A stretch of DNA of 64,000 nt from IMG/VR virus record IMGVR_UViG_3300021400_000095; one strand, given 5' to 3'. The notes beneath the pieces are model-generated. The model had not been told where the DNA came from. It saw nothing but the letters and a program-made list of their open reading frames with translations, and made no database searches. This DNA is from a virus. Lineage: Duplodnaviria > Caudoviricetes. Positions within the stretch are counted from its first letter, which is position 1; each line of letters opens with the position of its first letter. Below, one piece after another: positions 60,101 through 64,000 of the stretch. Made by a program: the position numbers and the translations under genes.

Positions 60101-61223
60101 GTTCTATACTGATTGCATTTTGTAAACCTGAAGCAATATCAGCAGTTGCACCACTTAATTCAAACACAGCAGTATCAAGTGCATGGTCAGCTTCTGCTAA
60201 TGAATTAACCTCATCAATAAAATGTGTTGGATGGTCATGAACATATGAACCATCTGCTGCTAAACCAGCACCTGTTTGTGTGTTATCAAGTTCATCTTGA
60301 ATTGCTTGTTCTACACCCTCTGCTCTTGTTTGTTCAGCATCTTTTGCAGCATCAATTGCATCTTGAACACCTGCAACTTTAACACCATTTTCACTGACAG
60401 TTAAGAAGTTTTCAGAAGTGTCATCAATTTTTATTGATACTTCACCAGCAGCATTGACTTGTAAACCATCTTTAAATTCTGCTTCAACAATTAATTTTGA
60501 TATATTAACATAAACAGTTGTTTCAGAACCATCAGCAACAATATAGACCATTTTTAAGAATTGACCTTTATTACCTCTATCATCTTCATCAACCAATTCA
60601 ACAGATTTAAGTGTTTGGTCTTTGTAAATCTTAATTGTTTCACCAAGTTGCTCACCTTCACCTGTAACTAACTTATATGCATCTCTAACATTGGTATCTT
60701 CTGATGTTGCAGAAACAATTTTTAATCCATCAAAGTTTTCAATGAATTCAGTTAATGGGTGATTATGATGAATAAATTTTCCTTCATAACCTGCTGGTGG
60801 AAGGATATTATCAGTTGTAAGTTCAAAGTAAGCAACATTGTCTTTAACAACAGCAGTTACACCACTACCATTAACCCAATCAATTGGGTCAGTTCCATTT
60901 CTTTTAGTATTAATTTCAACACCTCTTAAAGTGCTTTCTTTAATTTCTTCAGTTGCAGCAGATAATTCTTGAATATCAGCATCAATTTTGGCTGTATCTA
61001 TAACATGGTATTTACCATCTTCTTTTGCACCAATAGCCAAAATTAATTGTTGAACATCATTATCAATATATTTCACAACAATTGGTTCACCAAGAAGGGG
61101 TTCACCAAATTTTCCTGAAATAGTTTTAGATTGGTCAACCAATGCTTCAATGTAATTTAAAGCAGCCTCTCTTGTTTCAAAAGGTGTGTCTAAATGTCTA
61201 AACTGTAATCTATTGTTTGCCAT
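57189..61223 (-). CDS. 1344-aa acidic coiled-coil fibre-like protein
   Basis: ELSGAT, YTKEEID and AALNDLNDR repeats. Confidence 0.7.
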   Translation of the reverse strand: MANNRLQFRHLDTPFETREAALNYIEALVDQSKTISGKFGEPLLGEPIVVKYIDNDVQQLILAIGAKEDGKYHVIDTAKIDADIQELSAATEEIKESTLRGVEINTKRNGTDPIDWVNGSGVTAVVKDNVAYFELTTDNILPPAGYEGKFIHHNHPLTEFIENFDGLKIVSATSEDTNVRDAYKLVTGEGEQLGETIKIYKDQTLKSVELVDEDDRGNKGQFLKMVYIVADGSETTVYVNISKLIVEAEFKDGLQVNAAGEVSIKIDDTSENFLTVSENGVKVAGVQDAIDAAKDAEQTRAEGVEQAIQDELDNTQTGAGLAADGSYVHDHPTHFIDEVNSLAEADHALDTAVFELSGATADIASGLQNAISIEQARAESVESTLQEEIDNERTRAITAEGGLNTTINNEIERAMNAENVLQDAISAEQTRAEAAEQTLQNQLNDEIANRESADSALSDRIDSLEGETLSGEGAILVEGDSDKVVSLRINSADKVLTQDNSGLLTNLTVGIAEEDDVTYIVLKGKNDAEISRVNANKFVTDGMIDRVEIVGNQLVIEWNTQAGKQTVYIPLSDIFNPENYYTKEDIDNGLNNYIFNHINAAEGNPEEAEHNLLKWYEDPNTGKKMYYASNNTADMVCWASGKTLDTILQELQNGSGSSGTDEYARQQIAAEIVNRQNADNAISAKTNEEIQRLEDKINALSGLTPSEIEEINQRLDEIESGLTNFYTKEEIDDMSEVISASLNDLNDRKANKSDVYTKEEVDDIVSHIDISGSTERIQEELNELSASTISEINKIENEITNLSGATESAISEINEKVDDLSGATQVIENKVNELSGATASEIDRLEGKIDVLSAATQGIESNLNELSAATESAISEINDNISELSGATQIIENNLNNLSGATKVIESNLAELSAATMGTFNGAEYVSSAKTIVFKHDNEVIDTIDATDFIKDGMVDNVFVSGSNLVIRFNTDAGKEDIEIPLEDLFDPSNYYNKTEIDNKVSEIESALSAETADRTAEDERLDNKIDAETERAITEETAIWSALTQEITERTLNDDEINEKLEEDEKVIAAALNDLNDRVEGIEDKVKGDIYTKEEIDELIADIDVSDQLDGLRQELNTSINNERSERQSADNTINSKLNQLSANTEYYVTYDFFNPKEEVVAAAINDLNDRIGELEESVTGSVYTKEEADNKFLTKEDWENDEFVISTSLNDLNSRIIELSGNSGQVDLSGYYTSGQTDAAIATAVETATANLVTSGDVAENFYTKDEIDNDGKVISAAMNDLNDRKANKTDVYTKDEVNALIPQNTVRSSSVGFIWSGSQADFNAITEKDSNTLYIITGTTS

Positions 61224-61259
61224 ATTATATATTTTTTTTCATATTCTAAATTATTTTGG

Positions 61260-63329
61260 TTATTCAGTTGGTAATTCACCATAGTTTCCATCAAAATCAA
61301 TTGAAATTACTTCACCATTCTTTCTTGAAAGTTTAAGGCCATCATTAACTTTAAGTGAGTGACCATTATCTGCTAAAGTAAACCCTTCAATTTCATCTTC
61401 TCTTTCAGTTGCTCTTTCAGTTTCAGCATCAATCTTATTATCAAGCATTGTTTCTGCTGAAATTGCTCTTTCTGTCTCAGCATCAATTTTCTCATTAAGC
61501 ATTGTTTCTGCTGAGATTGCCCTTTCTGTTTCAGCATCAATTTTTTCATTGATTTCTTCATCAGCAGCAACTCTGTCAGCAATTTCTTGTGTCAAGGCAC
61601 TCCAAATGGCAGTTTCTTCAGTAATTGCTCTTTCTGTCTCAGCATCAATCTTATTATCAAGCATTGTTTCTGCTGAAATAGCCCTTTCAGTCTCAGCATC
61701 AATTTTATTATCAAGTGCTGTTTCTGTTGAAATTGCTCTTTCAATTTCATTATCAATTCTTTCATTGATTTCTTCATCAGCAGCAATTCTATCTGCTGTT
61801 TCTGCTGACAATGCTGATTCTAAGTCATCAATTCTTTCATTAATTTCATCAAATTCTTTACTGAATTCTTTTTTAAGTGCTTCAACTGTATCAATAAGTT
61901 CATAGACACCATCTTCAACCTCATATACTCTCCATTCATGATAAGTATCACCTGAAGTTGCAGGGTCATTATCATAATCAAGAATAACAACTGAATCACC
62001 AGGTCTCATTTGTTTTTTGACCCATTCAGCACCATTCCATTCATTAATGAAATATAAGTCTTGTTTTTCTCTATCTTCATCAACTAATTTATTCCATTGT
62101 TTACCTCTCTTACCATCAAATTCAGGATTTGTAAAACCAATATTAACTGAAGTCCAAATTTGGCTATAGTTAGTATCAGGATTTGAAATTAAAACACAAG
62201 GAACATTATAACCAAGAATATTTGTATATTCATTAAAATCAGTACATTCCAAATTAAAATCTCTAACAAGTCTCAATGATAATCTTGAACTTGGTTTTGA
62301 AGATTCTTCAAGAACATGTGTTGAATCAAATGAGAATGTTCTTGTATATATATTTGGTTGTGCAGATTTGAATTTACTACCTGTTGGTGTGTTTGACCAG
62401 AATGATGAAACCTTTCCAAGACCTTCAATATCATAATTGAAATCACTGGTAATAGCACCTCTACTACCTTCAGCATAACCTACAGGAATAACATGGAAAG
62501 TACCATCACTACCTGTCATTGGAAGGTTATCAAGACCCTTTGTTGGATTACCATCATCATCACCATCAAAGTCTTCCCAAGATGTTGTTGATTTTGCTCT
62601 TATACCTGCAACACATCCTTTCCATTCATTGATTGAATCTGATGTATGATTTCTACACTCATCACAATATTCAGCAGAATTAAGCATTTCACCCCAGTCT
62701 TTTCTTGTAGGGACTCTCCAAGGACTGTTCATTGCAGTTAAAGCACTTTGAATTGCTGTAACACCTTCAAAATTATAAAGAAGGCCAAAAGGCTCAATAG
62801 TTTCTTTTGTTACAATTCTAAAGCCTTTACCAAGGTTATCACCATCAGGCATTGTATTTGCACTGATAGTAAGGTCAAGGAAATATTTTGCAGGAGCATA
62901 TGTACCTGTTTTTTCTACTTCACTAAGTCTAAGTGGGTTACATATTCTACCATCACCTCTAAGTGTATAATCAGTTGCTACTCTCACATCACAACCTTCA
63001 AGAACAAATCCATCTAAAATTTCTTCAGTACCATCAGGGAATGTAATAATAATCTTGCCACTCTTTTTATCAAGTTCAAAATGTGCCTTTGGCATTTCAG
63101 CAACAAGTTTATCACCATTAACTCTTGTTAAAACAAGGTCATTATCAACATATTCAGCATCTTTAATATCATATCCTCTTAAGAAATAGAAATTTTGGTC
63201 CATTTCATTAGCAAGGAGACCACAATGCTTAACATAATCTCCAGGATATTTTGATTGTAATTTAAAATATGTTACACCATTTATTGTTTGCATTACAGCC
63301 CCTTTAGATGTAGTAATATTATTTGCCAT
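61260..63329 (-). CDS. structural protein with FISUMP-like domain and 18-aa coiled-coil repeats
   Basis: GLLYN, WRVPTRKDW, FWS, SLRLVRD; IDAETERAISAETMLDNK repeats; ACTATTTATA at 63360-63369. Confidence 0.65.
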   Translation of the reverse strand: MANNITTSKGAVMQTINGVTYFKLQSKYPGDYVKHCGLLANEMDQNFYFLRGYDIKDAEYVDNDLVLTRVNGDKLVAEMPKAHFELDKKSGKIIITFPDGTEEILDGFVLEGCDVRVATDYTLRGDGRICNPLRLSEVEKTGTYAPAKYFLDLTISANTMPDGDNLGKGFRIVTKETIEPFGLLYNFEGVTAIQSALTAMNSPWRVPTRKDWGEMLNSAEYCDECRNHTSDSINEWKGCVAGIRAKSTTSWEDFDGDDDGNPTKGLDNLPMTGSDGTFHVIPVGYAEGSRGAITSDFNYDIEGLGKVSSFWSNTPTGSKFKSAQPNIYTRTFSFDSTHVLEESSKPSSRLSLRLVRDFNLECTDFNEYTNILGYNVPCVLISNPDTNYSQIWTSVNIGFTNPEFDGKRGKQWNKLVDEDREKQDLYFINEWNGAEWVKKQMRPGDSVVILDYDNDPATSGDTYHEWRVYEVEDGVYELIDTVEALKKEFSKEFDEINERIDDLESALSAETADRIAADEEINERIDNEIERAISTETALDNKIDAETERAISAETMLDNKIDAETERAITEETAIWSALTQEIADRVAADEEINEKIDAETERAISAETMLNEKIDAETERAISAETMLDNKIDAETERATEREDEIEGFTLADNGHSLKVNDGLKLSRKNGEVISIDFDGNYGELPTE

Positions 63330-63444
63330 ATTTAAATACTATTTGTCAATTATTTTTCTTATAAATAGTTGTTATTTTCAATAAATATTTGCCTAACATT
63401 ATATTTTTAAATAATAAAAACCTCTTTATATAAAGAGGTTGCAT

Positions 63445-64000
63445 TTAGTTAGATAATTTGTTTTTAATATTAAGATAATTAAGTTGGCAGTTATATATTT
63501 TAAATGTTTTTATATCACCAATAAAACTTCCACAGAAATCTTTTTCAATTGGAAAAACATAATCATTTGTCTTATAATAATCAGGCAAAATTGATTCAAG
63601 GAGACCTTGTGTTCCACCACCCAATGACATATTATAAGGGACTGCTTCTTGTTTTTGATAAGTGTCATTTAATTCCCTAAAATTAAATTCATCAAGTTCC
63701 TTAGTAACAAAAACTAAAAATCCATTTACATAAAAATATAACTTCATTTTTCTTTTTCCCTTTTTAGGGTCACAAATACCATTAAATGATGGATTTATAA
63801 TTGATATTTTAACAGTTATATAATTCCATACATCAGGTTTAATAAGACCTGGTTTTGAATATTCTTCTTTAACTGTATAATGTTGGTCATTATCTGCATC
63901 ACAATCCAAAACAGCATATTTATAACCTATTGCACCATCATCAGTAATTCTAAGGCCAAAAGAATTGTTTTTAATATCTTTATATATGTTATATGGTATT
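63445..64000 (-). CDS. C-terminal part of a LamG-like structural protein, truncated
   Basis: Frame open to window end; WNYITV, YFYVNG, FIGDIKTFKIY. Confidence 0.6.
   Translation of the reverse strand, partial: IPYNIYKDIKNNSFGLRITDDGAIGYKYAVLDCDADNDQHYTVKEEYSKPGLIKPDVWNYITVKISIINPSFNGICDPKKGKRKMKLYFYVNGFLVFVTKELDEFNFRELNDTYQKQEAVPYNMSLGGGTQGLLESILPDYYKTNDYVFPIEKDFCGSFIGDIKTFKIYNCQLNYLNIKNKLSN

Noticed and set aside
37489-63017. Antisense and overlapping ORFs in the track (e.g. 37987, 43706, 57952, 58585, 61549)
   Set aside because: Shadows of repetitive or codon-biased genes; no independent motifs or promoters.
1-64000. Genome-wide TAG-to-Gln recoding as in Lak phages
   Set aside because: Long genes are uninterrupted in code 11, IF-1 ends at TAG at its normal length, and family A copies end in TAA, TAG or TGA at the same position.
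1-64000. tRNA or rRNA genes
   Set aside because: No cloverleaf or rRNA-like segment recognised by eye; tRNAscan-SE would be needed to exclude atypical ones.

Overview
64 kb of a very AT-rich (roughly 26-28% GC by eye) large dsDNA phage genome, standard genetic code. Eleven TTTG-N19-21-TAnnTTTG promoters point to a Bacteroidota (probably Bacteroidales) host. The window holds virion/adhesin-type genes (Cys-rich LRR-like repeat proteins, fibre and coiled-coil proteins, amidase) and a long minus-strand accessory region. Host-like genes include an SF1 helicase, DUF1848, NUDIX, DUF2828/vWA, Hsp20-like, IF-1, AAA+ ATPase, OmpA, RmlD, PRPP-synthetase-like, Thg1, SSB and thioredoxin. Main observations: (1) two small-gene families (7+1 and 6 copies) built as constant-variable-constant-variable-constant cassettes, with nucleotide-identical blocks and gene-junction repeats, suggesting a recombination-shuffled protein library; (2) ten intergenic TTGGCATGnTTTTTG boxes with exact sigma54 -24/-12 spacing, alongside host sigmaA promoters and a third ACTATTTAT motif; (3) near-total CG loss (five seen) and apparent GATC avoidance; (4) a 257-bp non-autonomous IS200/IS605-like element and a 39-bp solo hairpin; (5) a pseudogene whose stops fit C-to-T decay or import from a TAG-recoded phage. 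No tRNA, rRNA, CRISPR array or reverse transcriptase was recognised. Domain names come from motif recognition only, not database searches.
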